Assembly: GCA_963787835.1 (NCBI GenBank)
Contig: CAWBEI010000002.1
Span: forward strand, 1,728,001 to 1,792,000
Length of the DNA: 64,000 nucleotides
Direction of reading: 5' to 3'
Source: Ignavibacteriota bacterium
Lineage (GTDB): Bacteria > Bacteroidota > Ignavibacteria > Palsa-1295
The notes under the pieces were generated by a model. It searched no databases. It was not told the origin of the DNA and saw only the letters and a program-made list of their open reading frames with translations. This document shows, piece after piece, positions 10,101 to 20,685 of the stretch (position 1 is its first letter; each line of letters begins with the position of its first letter). Position numbers and translations under genes: made by a program.

Positions 10101-10988
10101 GGAGGGACCGTAAACAACGCCCGTACCCTGAGAGCCGTTTTCATTGACAAGCCCGATGGAGACATTGTCTCCAAAGGCCGCGTAGGCAAGCAGAGGGGGG
10201 AATCCGTTGATTCCGCCCGTGAAGCCACCGTAATTGACTTGAATGCTGGAATCCGTGTTAGAAAGAATGATTTGGAACTTCTTGCAATACAACTTATTCG
10301 CGCCCGGATTGGTCCATGCAAAACCACCCGGAAGTTGATTGACCGAATTGCTCGGGCGAAGACGGAAATTGTAATAGTTTACAATGAACGTATCCTGTGT
10401 TGCGGATGTGCGATAATACACTTTTGATGTATCCGCAGGACCGCCATGACGCAGATCCAGATCGGCCCAAAGGGCTGCAACGATCGCGTAGGGTGCGTTG
10501 CTATACTTCGACGCGAGATCTACGCGCTTCGGAGAGCAATAATTTGGGGAGTTCTGCGTAGCATACGTAAAGCCGAGGAAACCAATGAAACCATTGGAGG
10601 AAATATAAACGCTGTCATAATTCCCGCCATAGAAATTCCAATGATGACTGAGACCCATATAAATAGGACCGGCCATGCAATCGTTCAAGGTATCCATGAG
10701 CGATGGCGACGATAGATGCGTCGGATCGAAGAAATACTGACCGGCAGGAGCATTCTGCTGTGGACCAGTCCATATCCTATTCCACGAAGAAGGAAGATAG
10801 TTCGTATCGAGGAATTGGTACACTGGCCGCCAGGGTTCCGGGGCATTATCGTCCGAATCGACGATAAAATAACCCGTCGAGAGTGAACTTGGCTCACCGC
10901 GGCGATCTGAGGATTGCGCCTTGCCAATCGTCGCAAATGCGATCATGGAAAAGCACACAAGAAGCGACAGGTAGTACACACGTCTCAT
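7112..10988 (-). CDS. Large secreted protein (~1290 aa) with T9SS/FlgD-Ig C-terminal domain; split by a +1 frameshift near 9160, likely a sequencing error
   Basis: Signal peptide MRRVYYLSLL; ORFs 9081-11069 and 7112-9274 join as LLLEF-KAPSQP; C-terminal LPVQL..W.TA.E.NN.GF and LEQNYPNPF..WDG.D..SSG.Y. Confidence 0.8.
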
Positions 10989-11449
10989 CTTTGTATTGTT
11001 GATTAAGTGATTAGTTAGAACGATGTTTGAATAAAAATGCATGATAAGGCATGCCGCATGATCGCTCATGCGCCCCGGGTATGATAACTCACGCCCGAAA
11101 TTGCCATTTCAATTGGTAGCTCCTGACATTTAATCAGAACCTAACAATCAATTTGAAACAACTTTGAAAAACAATCGAAGAAGGGAGCAACCGAAAGAAA
11201 ACCTGTCCCGAAAGGGTGGGAAGATTGATGATTCTTCATTCCCTGCCTCGAAAATTTTAATCTGATGGTTACAAATATAATACATCAGAAACAGGATGCA
11301 ATCGAAATGTGTCTTTACGGCACCTATCGAACTCCACCTTGCTTACAATGAAGACCAGCGAAAAGGCAAAAGGTAACAGGATATTGTAAAAAAAATGAAA
11401 AAATCCTGTATTACCTCTTTTTATCAATAATTTTAGGTTTTTAGATTGC

Positions 11450-12394
11450 TTATTGACAATCCACGGCTCCCTCATCAATCCATTTACCAATCTTTAGCAC
11501 TTCACTGGGTGAAAGAGCAGGTGCGGGGGATGGCGGCATTCGGTTATTTACATTAAATTGTGTGATTGCAGTATAGAGCCGACTTGACCGGGCGTTTCCA
11601 GGACGAGTGCTTCTTTCAGTGCCCGAAAACGTGGTACAGTCTAACCCTCCTTTTTGCGAGTTGGCATCATGGCAGCCGCTCATACCACAATTAGCGGAAA
11701 GTACAGGGAGGATATCCCTTGTGAAGCATAACATGGAGTTTGATGAGTTCAGGAGCGTTATTCTACTTTCAGCATAAACAGCGCTGTCAATAAGAGAAAC
11801 CGCACGGATCACGGTTTGAACGCCGTCATTTGAAATGCTGGAAGGCGCAGTGTAGAGTCCAGAATCACTGATTGATCCAGAGCCGCTTACTATTTCCCAC
11901 CGTAATTGTGGTATTGTGCTTTGCATCGTGATCGTGTCTATTAAAAACTGCTGGGTCGAATTCGTTAAAATCGTGTCCGATCCAGGGCTAATACTAAAGG
12001 CCGTGTCGGTCGGGCGGATAATCGAGATCAGACATGTTACCGAACGACTCGCATCTTCCTCTGATGTAACGGTTATCGTAGCTACCTGGTGTAGCGAGGT
12101 CAGGATGGGAGGGGCTTGAAAGATCGCGCTCGATCCATTTGGAGTTATGCTCCCATTGTTGCCGCCTCCATCCACTGACCAGGTTACGCTGCCTGTATTT
12201 GTAAATCCGAGAACGGATGCTGTAAGCACCATCTTAGAATTGAGAACCGCCACGGCCGAAACCGGTGAGATGTGGACTTCCGTTAGATCGACATCGGGAT
12301 TTCCATCTATGGTGTACTGACATCCAGAAAGCAAGGATGAAGTATAAAGTACAAGGAATGGAATAAACACTATCACTGCGAAGCGATGGCGCAT
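11450..12394 (-). CDS. Lipoprotein with two Ig-like domains and a C-terminal c-type cytochrome domain (planctomycete cytochrome C-like)
   Basis: Lipobox LLSGC; F.RDILPVL..NCGMSGCH..KGGL; RMPP..L...E...I.KWI.EGA. Confidence 0.75.
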   Translation of the reverse strand: MRHRFAVIVFIPFLVLYTSSLLSGCQYTIDGNPDVDLTEVHISPVSAVAVLNSKMVLTASVLGFTNTGSVTWSVDGGGNNGSITPNGSSAIFQAPPILTSLHQVATITVTSEEDASRSVTCLISIIRPTDTAFSISPGSDTILTNSTQQFLIDTITMQSTIPQLRWEIVSGSGSISDSGLYTAPSSISNDGVQTVIRAVSLIDSAVYAESRITLLNSSNSMLCFTRDILPVLSANCGMSGCHDANSQKGGLDCTTFSGTERSTRPGNARSSRLYTAITQFNVNNRMPPSPAPALSPSEVLKIGKWIDEGAVDCQ

Positions 12395-12441
12395 GAGAGT
12401 AATGAAATATGGCCTATTAATTTCTGGCTTCTTCATTTTCT

Positions 12442-13629
12442 TTAGTAGAAGAAATGTACTTGTGCCGTCCATTGCCCTGTGTGGGTACCCGTTCCGTAAA
12501 AGGGATTGAGATCGGTCACACGATATTCAGGCCGGATTTCAATATAAGGCAATGGGAAAAATTCTAATCCTGCGAGAAACCCGGTTGCGTAACCAAGTGA
12601 GACGCTCGGATACACTTCCGTCATACCCCAGTCGTATCTCCACTCCCAAATGAGCCAGTCGGCCAACTTGAGGTTCCCAATGATGCTGAAATTGCGGATG
12701 ATCTTGTTGGCTGCATCTTTGGAATATAGTCCCTCAAGATAAAATGTCGCTTTATCCGCTAAACCGAATCCACCAAAGCCATTTAACATTTCGAAATCGC
12801 CATTGACGAGTACAGAACCGCCAAACTCGCCATTAATACCCTCTTCTAGCAATTGGGGCCATAGCACGACTCGGCCGGAAACGGTTGGATGTGTAAAATC
12901 GAAGCTGGAAGAGACCGTCCCGATCGTGTTATCGATCTGCGCGAGATTTTTTGCATTGAAGACTCCGGCATTAACAGTCAGCCACTTAATTCCTTCGTAC
13001 GTAAGCTCACCGCCAACCTCATTATAATAAGGTGGAACGAGTGTAATGTTATTGTAGGCATCCATGGATGTGAACGAGGTGTGGTCATCCTGCAAAATGC
13101 CGATACTTGGCTCGATCATTCCAACGCGGATCGAAGGGAGCGTAATGTCCGGTTGATATTGCAGTGTGAGATCGTAATCTGTTTCTCCGGGATAAAGGCC
13201 GCTGGTGGTTCCGAATAGATCCATAAGTTTGCTTTCCTGGCTGCGGACATAAACGCTTGCCCAATTAATATCCGTATAGACTGCGACCTGGTGGTTGGGA
13301 ACGAACCCGAGCGAGGTCGAGAGCTGCATCGGAATAAGTAGCTCCTGATTTGTCTGCGAGACCCGCACTAATTGAAATCGAGCATCCCCTCCCGGATAGA
13401 TCTTGTTATTAAGAAGTCCATTCGATACGGCATTGCTATCCTGGGGACCCCATTGGAAAAGCCCAGTATAATTCATCATTTCCCATCCAAGCTCCGTGCG
13501 CAACCCGCCCCCATGTGGATTGAAATGGCAGACGGAACAGCGTGTGCCAGTAAGCAACGAGAAAAGGGGAACGGCCTGGCAGGTCTGTGCAAGAAGCAAA
13601 CAAAAAGCAATGGTCACTGGAACCTTCAT
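12442..13629 (-). CDS. Monoheme cytochrome c fused to a beta-barrel (Cyc2-like)
   Basis: Signal peptide, then PLFSLLTGTRCSVCHFNP.GGG.R..LG; amphipathic strands; C-terminal aromatic (QVHFFY). Confidence 0.7.
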   Translation of the reverse strand: MKVPVTIAFCLLLAQTCQAVPLFSLLTGTRCSVCHFNPHGGGLRTELGWEMMNYTGLFQWGPQDSNAVSNGLLNNKIYPGGDARFQLVRVSQTNQELLIPMQLSTSLGFVPNHQVAVYTDINWASVYVRSQESKLMDLFGTTSGLYPGETDYDLTLQYQPDITLPSIRVGMIEPSIGILQDDHTSFTSMDAYNNITLVPPYYNEVGGELTYEGIKWLTVNAGVFNAKNLAQIDNTIGTVSSSFDFTHPTVSGRVVLWPQLLEEGINGEFGGSVLVNGDFEMLNGFGGFGLADKATFYLEGLYSKDAANKIIRNFSIIGNLKLADWLIWEWRYDWGMTEVYPSVSLGYATGFLAGLEFFPLPYIEIRPEYRVTDLNPFYGTGTHTGQWTAQVHFFY

Positions 13630-13694
13630 ATTACTACGTAATATGATCTTAACGAAGTGCGAGCTTAAAAATAAATGCACCCGAAATATTATTA

Positions 13695-14177
13695 TTAAAT
13701 GATCTTGATATTTGCAATCCCGCCTACGGGAGGGTCTGGCAAAACTTGATAAGAGCTAAGCGGCAAGGTTGCCGGTCCCTGAACCACCGAACCATCCAGC
13801 GCAAACTGTGAATTATGACATAGGCAGACGATGTGGTCAGAAGCAGTTAGTTGGCTACTGACCGAGCAGCCCTGATGAGTGCATTTCATCGATAATGCAT
13901 GGACAAGACCATCCGGAGTAAGCGTAACAATAACGCCAAAGCTATCCGTCGGGGAAGTAAAATTTGGTACAACAACTGACGGGTTGCCCTGTGTAAGCGC
14001 CGATATATTCACAGCTAATTCACCGTTAGCGCCGAGAGGTGTGGAGGATTGTTCCGGTTCGAGAGGCACGGAGGTCGGTTCACAGCCTATAAGGAGCGGG
14101 AGGCTTACGTAACCGAGTACCGTGCCGCCAGCGATCTTTGTCAGGCCAGAAAGAAATTCTCTTCGAGTGTTTTTCAC
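13695..14177 (-). CDS. Tat-exported Rieske [2Fe-2S] lipoprotein
   Basis: GTG start overlapping the upstream stop; TRREFL Tat motif; LLIGC lipobox; CTHQGC and CLCHNSQF. Confidence 0.9.
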   Translation of the reverse strand: MKNTRREFLSGLTKIAGGTVLGYVSLPLLIGCEPTSVPLEPEQSSTPLGANGELAVNISALTQGNPSVVVPNFTSPTDSFGVIVTLTPDGLVHALSMKCTHQGCSVSSQLTASDHIVCLCHNSQFALDGSVVQGPATLPLSSYQVLPDPPVGGIANIKII

Positions 14178-14989
14178 GTATGTAATGACACCAAATGGAT
14201 AGCCGATAAATACAAAAAGTATGGAGGGTGAAATTCGAGAAAGCGAGTGCAGAGAGATCCTAATAAACTGTTTTTCATGGATCCCGGAGACATTAGCATC
14301 ATTATCGAACGAACGACAAAATAGAGTGCAAACACTATCATGGCAATGCCAAACCATCGAGTGATGCTTTGAACATGGACCTGAGAAAATGACTTATGCC
14401 GCCTGTGAATTGTGATCGCAAGTAAGGAAAGGTACGACCCAATACCAAGACACCCGGCCACCAGAAAAAAAAGGCGCGATGTGGTGGTAAGTTCCATTGA
14501 TATTCCTACATCTTTTAACAATCTCGCGGCGAGCAGCCACCAGGCGATCATCATAGGATTTGTGAACGCCAGAGAGAATCCAGTGAAATACGCAATCCGC
14601 CGATTTGCAAGTCGGGAAGGTTGAGACGAAATATCTCCGATCTTCGCTTCATCGTGAGAGGAATTTAAGCCCATCTTTGACTTGCTCCCGGAATTACTTT
14701 CACGAAGCATTATTATGGCAAAAACGAGGATGACCGCTGCATTTACAAGCCAAAAGATTGCTTCCACAATAGGCTGTTGCAGGATCGGCGCAAGCCCATA
14801 AAGCGCGATGGCTCCGTACATGAAATCAGAGGAGATCGACCCTAAAACCACCATCAGTGCTGCGGCCAAAAAACCACCAAGGGATCGCCGGGCTACCTCT
14901 ATTTGAGAGGCTCCGATGGGAATAGCGGCAAGAAAGCCTAAAACATAGACGCAGAGAAGGAAAAGTGCCGTACTAAATAGCGTATTCAC
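14174..14989 (-). CDS. LysE-family transporter
   Basis: GFLAAIPIGA, G...SD.MY, GFSLAFTNP; about six TM helices. Confidence 0.8.
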   Translation of the reverse strand: MNTLFSTALFLLCVYVLGFLAAIPIGASQIEVARRSLGGFLAAALMVVLGSISSDFMYGAIALYGLAPILQQPIVEAIFWLVNAAVILVFAIIMLRESNSGSKSKMGLNSSHDEAKIGDISSQPSRLANRRIAYFTGFSLAFTNPMMIAWWLLAARLLKDVGISMELTTTSRLFFLVAGCLGIGSYLSLLAITIHRRHKSFSQVHVQSITRWFGIAMIVFALYFVVRSIMMLMSPGSMKNSLLGSLCTRFLEFHPPYFLYLSAIHLVSLHT

Positions 14990-16448
14990 GTTCAGGTTTT
15001 AGCGTGATAGTTGATTGTATCTTTACGGCCTCATTGTCGTTTAGGAGCGGGATCCATTCGCCAGAGAGCGTCTTAAAATAGGAAGAAATATAGTCCACGA
15101 TCTCATCAACGGGCAAACCGTCGAAGCACCGAACTTCTGCGCAGGATTTGCCAAATTTATTTACGCAGGTAATGTTTCTGCACGGAGCGGGCGCTGAGAA
15201 AGATTTCGATGGGGCATCCTGATTTGCAGGAGCATGGAACGGTTGTTCGGAGTCGTACCCGTACATCCGGGAGTCGGTCGCTCCGTAAATTGCGAGAATG
15301 ACCGTTTTATTTCTCAGCGGGCTTCCATCTTGACCGAGCTTACGGCAAGCCGCAATATGCAGTGGGCCGGTATCGCCTGATATAAACATATCACTTGCAT
15401 CGATAAGCGCCGTGTACGCCTCTATTGGCATGTATGGAACGATGTGAACTTTTTCAAGCGAATATTCCGGGAGCGTCGCGATGAGGGAGCCTTCGATGCC
15501 CAAGCTCGTATAGGCACGCCCGATGAGAATAGCAGATACCAGTTTCAATTCCCCGATCTCGCGAAGTAATTTCACCTGAACGTCAAACGGGATCTGGCCG
15601 AATTTCGAGGTCGCATCCGGATTAAAAAAAACGATCCTATTCCCGGAGGCTACCCCCAACCCATCTAAAAAAGCTTGTGCCGTTGCGATCGAGTCAGTGG
15701 AAAGATATACGGCATTGGTGTTAAGGTTTCCAATTTGGTCCGCATGCAGATGATCGGTCGTTCTGTGCGATTTAAACACGCCGGAATTCTCAGGCCCAAG
15801 AAATTCGGAGACGAACGCTCGCGAAAGATAGGAGATATGCCGTGTACCATTCAACTTCCATGCGCGTATCACGTAGGCAGCAAATGGAAGGTAAAGCTGA
15901 ATCATGCGAGCACTGGGACCCAGAGCTTTCTTGCCGAGGAACGGGCCTAAGTTCAAGACAACCGAAAATTGTTCCCTCTCAACGAGCAACTGAAGTCGTG
16001 CGATGTCTTCCTCTGTTGGAAATCCCCTCTCTCCGTGAATAATATTATGAACGTGAACCTCCGGAATACCGTCGATGAGTTCACCACCTGTCTTATTGCA
16101 CACATAATGAAGTTCGGCATACGGAAAAGATTTTCGAATGGCAGGTAAGCATTGAGCGGCAAGCACGGAATCACCGATGCAGACATCGACGATCAGGAGA
16201 ATTTTTTGTGGCTGGGCTGATTCAATTGCACGTCCATTTTGTGAGGCATTAAGCAATGATCGCGATGTATTCCATTGCTTTCGGTATTTTCGAAGATAGA
16301 AATTGCATATCATCCTGCTTCCGAAGAATCCAACGAACGCTCGTTGAAACACTTTCGGACCAAACGAGGGATAGGCATCGGTCGTCCGATCGAGAAGCTC
16401 CAGCCCTAATTTGGATAGTCCCTTATTTAGCATATTAGATTGCGGCAA
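14973..16448 (-). CDS. Glycosyltransferase family 9 (heptosyltransferase-like)
   Basis: IGD.VL...L..IR..FP; FISGDTGPLHIAA; AIYGAT. Confidence 0.85.
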   Translation of the reverse strand: MPQSNMLNKGLSKLGLELLDRTTDAYPSFGPKVFQRAFVGFFGSRMICNFYLRKYRKQWNTSRSLLNASQNGRAIESAQPQKILLIVDVCIGDSVLAAQCLPAIRKSFPYAELHYVCNKTGGELIDGIPEVHVHNIIHGERGFPTEEDIARLQLLVEREQFSVVLNLGPFLGKKALGPSARMIQLYLPFAAYVIRAWKLNGTRHISYLSRAFVSEFLGPENSGVFKSHRTTDHLHADQIGNLNTNAVYLSTDSIATAQAFLDGLGVASGNRIVFFNPDATSKFGQIPFDVQVKLLREIGELKLVSAILIGRAYTSLGIEGSLIATLPEYSLEKVHIVPYMPIEAYTALIDASDMFISGDTGPLHIAACRKLGQDGSPLRNKTVILAIYGATDSRMYGYDSEQPFHAPANQDAPSKSFSAPAPCRNITCVNKFGKSCAEVRCFDGLPVDEIVDYISSYFKTLSGEWIPLLNDNEAVKIQSTITLKPEREYAI

Positions 16449-16495
16449 TCACGAAACGGGATCTTCCCACGAGAAGATTGCTGCTGTGTCCGCTG

Positions 16496-17500
16496 CTATG
16501 GTCTGATATCAATTGAAATTAAAATCCCGCTAATGAATTGTCCGGATCGAACGCTCGATGCCTCGGTAAAACCGGCTTCCAAAGAGCCATTAATAGGATA
16601 GAACTCAGAAACTTGGGCGGCTATCCCAATCCGGCTAGTACTACTACTTGGGGAGAGCGTTAATGTTGCAGGATTAAGATAGATTGTGGAGGAAAATAGA
16701 TAAGCCGGCCCTAATTCCGCTCTGCAGACTAGCGGTCCAACGGAGAAATTCGCGCCAGCCAAGAGGGCTATTGCTTGATCGTTCTCATTAAACAACAGCG
16801 AGGAGGCCGCGGAATGATGAGCCTGAATATCGTGCCATTCGCGTTCTCCACTCGCGTTTGAAAAAGATAATCCGATGGACTCCCAGCCACCTTGGATTCC
16901 TATTTCTGCATTTTCTCCTAACATCCGGATGTGCGAAAAATCAGCTCCGGTGGAAAACGTTGAAAACCACTCCATGCCTGAAAGTGGAGTTTGGTAGGTT
17001 TGCAGTGGTTCCCGATAATTATCCCGCATTGAAGCATGATAGGTGAGAGCAGCATGGCCCAATTTGGGGGCAGGGGTTAAGATCGTGGTTATATCGGTGT
17101 TATCGGGAGTCTTTATGCCCGAAGACGAGACAGAGGGAAGAATATTATAATGAGCCGGTCGAGTTCGTATAGATGCATCGCGCAAATAATGATCTGCACG
17201 CATACCGTTGCCAGAACTCGTTGCAATGCTTTCTGTGTGTTCACCACCAAAAGTCGAGATGTTCCGATTCAGATCATTACTTCGAAACCCGGAAACATTG
17301 AGACTGATCGCTGTCAAGACGCCGATGGCCAGGAACTCGCCGATCAGACTTCGGATCTGGCTCCATAATGTAAAATTGGCAGTAGCATGACCAAGGACAT
17401 AGGATTTGATCGCCTCCGTCGAGAGGGGTGATCGAAGCTCGCGAAGTGGATCCAGGAGATCGGATTCGGCCGAATGATATGGTCGAAATGAAAATCTCAT
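16496..17500 (-). CDS. Putative anti-sigma-like membrane protein with C-terminal beta-barrel-like region
   Basis: Overlaps the ECF sigma stop; one TM segment near residue 55; beta-rich C-terminus. Confidence 0.45.
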   Translation of the reverse strand: MRFSFRPYHSAESDLLDPLRELRSPLSTEAIKSYVLGHATANFTLWSQIRSLIGEFLAIGVLTAISLNVSGFRSNDLNRNISTFGGEHTESIATSSGNGMRADHYLRDASIRTRPAHYNILPSVSSSGIKTPDNTDITTILTPAPKLGHAALTYHASMRDNYREPLQTYQTPLSGMEWFSTFSTGADFSHIRMLGENAEIGIQGGWESIGLSFSNASGEREWHDIQAHHSAASSLLFNENDQAIALLAGANFSVGPLVCRAELGPAYLFSSTIYLNPATLTLSPSSSTSRIGIAAQVSEFYPINGSLEAGFTEASSVRSGQFISGILISIDIRP

Positions 17501-18060
17501 AGCTCTTGAAGTCGAATAGCAGATGGGTGGAAAGAATTTTTATTGATACCTCTCGAAGCCGCTAAAGATTCTTTCCAATCTGGGGAATCACTCGCAAGCA
17601 TCTGCTTCAATTTGACGCGTGCTCGGCTAATCCTTGATTTAACACCGGAGACAGTTCCACCCTGAATTTGCTGGATCTCTTTAATTGATAGATCGCTAAG
17701 TTCGAATAAGACAAGAGCTTCGCGTTCTCGGGCTGGCAAACGGTCGAGTGCGGCTACAAGCTGATCGAGGTCGTAAGAGGATTCCGCAGACATTTCATAA
17801 CTGGCCTCTGCAGCATCATCCATGGACACGAACAACCGGGAGCGCCATCGTTTGCGCCGTTGAATGCGAACGGCAATAGTGCTCAGAAACCACCGGAATG
17901 CGGCTTTATCGCGTAGAGAGGGAAAGCTTTTGTATCCTGCGAGTATGGTATCGCTCATCAGGTCATGTGCTTCATCATAGGACCGCGTAAGCGCACGGCA
18001 TAGCCGCCACGTAGCGTGCCGTTCCTTTTCTATAAGCTCCCAGAATGAACCGTCTTCCAC
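17497..18060 (-). CDS. ECF (sigma-70 family) RNA polymerase sigma factor
   Basis: EAHDLMSD, F..FL..IA, LP.REREALVL, VKSRISRAR. Confidence 0.92.
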   Translation of the reverse strand: MEDGSFWELIEKERHATWRLCRALTRSYDEAHDLMSDTILAGYKSFPSLRDKAAFRWFLSTIAVRIQRRKRWRSRLFVSMDDAAEASYEMSAESSYDLDQLVAALDRLPAREREALVLFELSDLSIKEIQQIQGGTVSGVKSRISRARVKLKQMLASDSPDWKESLAASRGINKNSFHPSAIRLQEL

Positions 18061-18299
18061 TTTGACTTAGTTATCTAAACGATTTCCGATAGAATTAAGT
18101 GACCCGAAGCGAAGAGAAGTTTCACGAAAAAAATGTGAGGCTGAAGTTGGATGAAAATTAATTTCTTCTCTTACTGGGCGATCAAAATCGACTGGGGTAA
18201 AATTTGTCCCTATCGCACGAATAGCACATTGCCGCCGTTTTACAATTCGAATGAATAATCAGCCCTAACCAAACAATTTTATTAGATAGTCATTTCAAC

Positions 18300-20666
18300 T
18301 TGGTGATTCAAAAATTTATATTCATATTTCTTTTTATACTGGGGATATCATCGGCTGAAGCCCAAATTCCCAGTGGTAGTATTTTCTGGGTTCGGGCCGA
18401 TTCAGGTGTCGAGATTTCTGCTAACAAAGTTACTGTATGGCATGACCAAAGTGGCTTAGCCAACGATGCTACTCAGCAGGACTCAACCCAACGTCCGACC
18501 CTGCTTACCAATGGAATAAATGGACTTCCATGCATTCACTTTGATGGTAGCAGTTATTTCAATGCTCCTCCCTTTTTCCCATGCAACCATGATTATTCCG
18601 TCTCAGGTGTAATACGTCTATCGGACACTACTGTTGTCAATAATGTGCTTTCAGGTAATACTCACGCGATCTGGTTCAGTGGTTCTTGCTACCTTCGAGT
18701 ACTTCATGCCGTTTTCCCACTTGTTGCAGTGGCATCGGAGCCGGTACATCCGCAAGGGTCATGCTTTACAATCATTTACAATGCAGCGTTGAGTATGGTA
18801 CGAATATACATCGATGGCCGAATGAGCGATTCTCTATGGATAACTGCAAATTCGGATTCGACAGTTTATGTCGGAGCATTTCTGGGAGGATACAACATGC
18901 ATGGTGACATATCCGAACTCTTTGTTTACAATCGCCAACTTACTCCGCCAGAAGAAGCAGCAACGGATCTCTACCTGGAGACAAAATATGGGCTCACTCA
19001 GCGGCCTCCTCCGCAGCCGCCCGATACAACCTTCACCGACATTCCAGTTCACGGCAAGTTTTTTCCTCGTAATACTCTGGATTCCGCTGACTTCTTGATC
19101 GCCGGCACCTTACGAACACCTGGGTTCGACTCTATGTTTGTAGAAACAGATCGGAATGGGATTATATTGACTCGTCACACATCTCCGCTAATTTATTTCG
19201 ATGGTGGCGCACCATTCACATTCCCGTGTTCAATCCATGCGGAACTTAGTGAGTACACTCTCCGAGTCGGGGCTGTGCGGAATGGGGTGGACTCGATTCT
19301 CGCAACGCGCGACAGCCTTGTTTGTGGGGATGCTTTTCTGGTCAGCGGCCAATCCAACGCGTTCGTTGGGTTCCAAGTACAGGACAGCCTAAACGAATTT
19401 TGCCGCACCTTCGGAGAAGATATCGATCAAAACGTCGGAGACACACAGTGGAGCCTGGCTAAATCGCTTTGGCCGGGTGATTATAATATTGTTTGCGCCT
19501 GGAGCTATCAGCTTGCCCACTGTATAAACGACTCGCTTCATCTCCCAGTTTGCATTATTGACGGCGCCTCGCCTGGTGGAACTATCGAAGAGCACTTACC
19601 CAATAATTCCAATCATCTCGATATGGGTTCGTACTACGGGAGGATGCTTTACAGAACGGAGAAAGCTGGCCTTCAACATTCAATCAGGGCGATCTTTTGG
19701 GACCAGGGTGAATGGAATACAGACACAAATTACTACAACAACTTTACCGCGCTTCGGGCCGCCTGGCTGGAAGACTATCCTTCAACCGAAAAAATCTATG
19801 TCACGCAGATCCGGCCCAATGGGTGCGGCGATTACAGCGATCAACGGCCGCTCAAAGAGTTGCAGCGGCATTTCCAGGATTTGTTTCCTAACCTTGTCTG
19901 CTATGCCAGCGCAGCATTACCTCTGCATGACGGGTGCCATCTTGGCGACTCTGGCTACCGAGTTTGGGGATCCCAAATGTACAAGCTATTCGCTCGCGAC
20001 TTATACCATGGAACCGATACTATTGATATAGCGAGTCCAAGCGTTAGTTCGGCTTTTTATACGACGCCGGCTCATGATGAAATCGAGTTGCTCTTTAGTC
20101 CTCCTGATATAGAGTTGGCGATCACGCCAGACACCGTAATATTCGGAAGTCTCAGAAAAATGATAGATTTTTTATATCTCGACGGTGCAAGTGGGTCGGT
20201 ACAATCCATTCGCACGGAAGGTAATGCTATGTTTCTATCGGTGAGCAATCCTTCTGCTCAAACTCTGACGTATTTGCCAGACAGGTATTACCCTGACAGC
20301 AGTGGAATATATGAAGGACCATGGATAGTGAACGGGCGCGGAGTGGGAGCATTTATTTGGTATGGTCTTCCAATTTCCAATCAGCCACCATCGGCAGTAA
20401 AGACCTATGAAGTTGCAATGAATGATGTGGAAATCACCCCAAATCCTACATCAGGTGAGTTTTCGATTGATGCCAGCCAATATACCGGGCCTATCGAAGC
20501 GACGCTTATATCCGAAACCGGCGTGGAAGTCTGGCACAAGTCGATACCGGCGGATCATCCCAATGTGCTCTCGTTCGATATGACCCAGGAATGTTCGGGA
20601 TGCTATCTGCTGCGTTTATCGGATGGCATCCAGAGCCACGCATGGAAATTTATTCTCCAAAAGTAA
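18300..20666 (+). CDS. Secreted LamG-like + SGNH (sialate/acetylxylan esterase-type) protein with T9SS C-terminal domain
   Basis: W.DQSG LamG start; GQSN, WDQGE, DGCH; PNPT..SGCYLLRL. Confidence 0.8.
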   Translation: MVIQKFIFIFLFILGISSAEAQIPSGSIFWVRADSGVEISANKVTVWHDQSGLANDATQQDSTQRPTLLTNGINGLPCIHFDGSSYFNAPPFFPCNHDYSVSGVIRLSDTTVVNNVLSGNTHAIWFSGSCYLRVLHAVFPLVAVASEPVHPQGSCFTIIYNAALSMVRIYIDGRMSDSLWITANSDSTVYVGAFLGGYNMHGDISELFVYNRQLTPPEEAATDLYLETKYGLTQRPPPQPPDTTFTDIPVHGKFFPRNTLDSADFLIAGTLRTPGFDSMFVETDRNGIILTRHTSPLIYFDGGAPFTFPCSIHAELSEYTLRVGAVRNGVDSILATRDSLVCGDAFLVSGQSNAFVGFQVQDSLNEFCRTFGEDIDQNVGDTQWSLAKSLWPGDYNIVCAWSYQLAHCINDSLHLPVCIIDGASPGGTIEEHLPNNSNHLDMGSYYGRMLYRTEKAGLQHSIRAIFWDQGEWNTDTNYYNNFTALRAAWLEDYPSTEKIYVTQIRPNGCGDYSDQRPLKELQRHFQDLFPNLVCYASAALPLHDGCHLGDSGYRVWGSQMYKLFARDLYHGTDTIDIASPSVSSAFYTTPAHDEIELLFSPPDIELAITPDTVIFGSLRKMIDFLYLDGASGSVQSIRTEGNAMFLSVSNPSAQTLTYLPDRYYPDSSGIYEGPWIVNGRGVGAFIWYGLPISNQPPSAVKTYEVAMNDVEITPNPTSGEFSIDASQYTGPIEATLISETGVEVWHKSIPADHPNVLSFDMTQECSGCYLLRLSDGIQSHAWKFILQK

Positions 20667-20685
20667 GAGCGCAATTTTTATTAGA

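Noticed and set aside
11170-11250. Hairpin-rich stretch upstream of the large T9SS gene, possible riboswitch
   Set aside because: No recognisable aptamer consensus and only one copy, so it cannot be supported.
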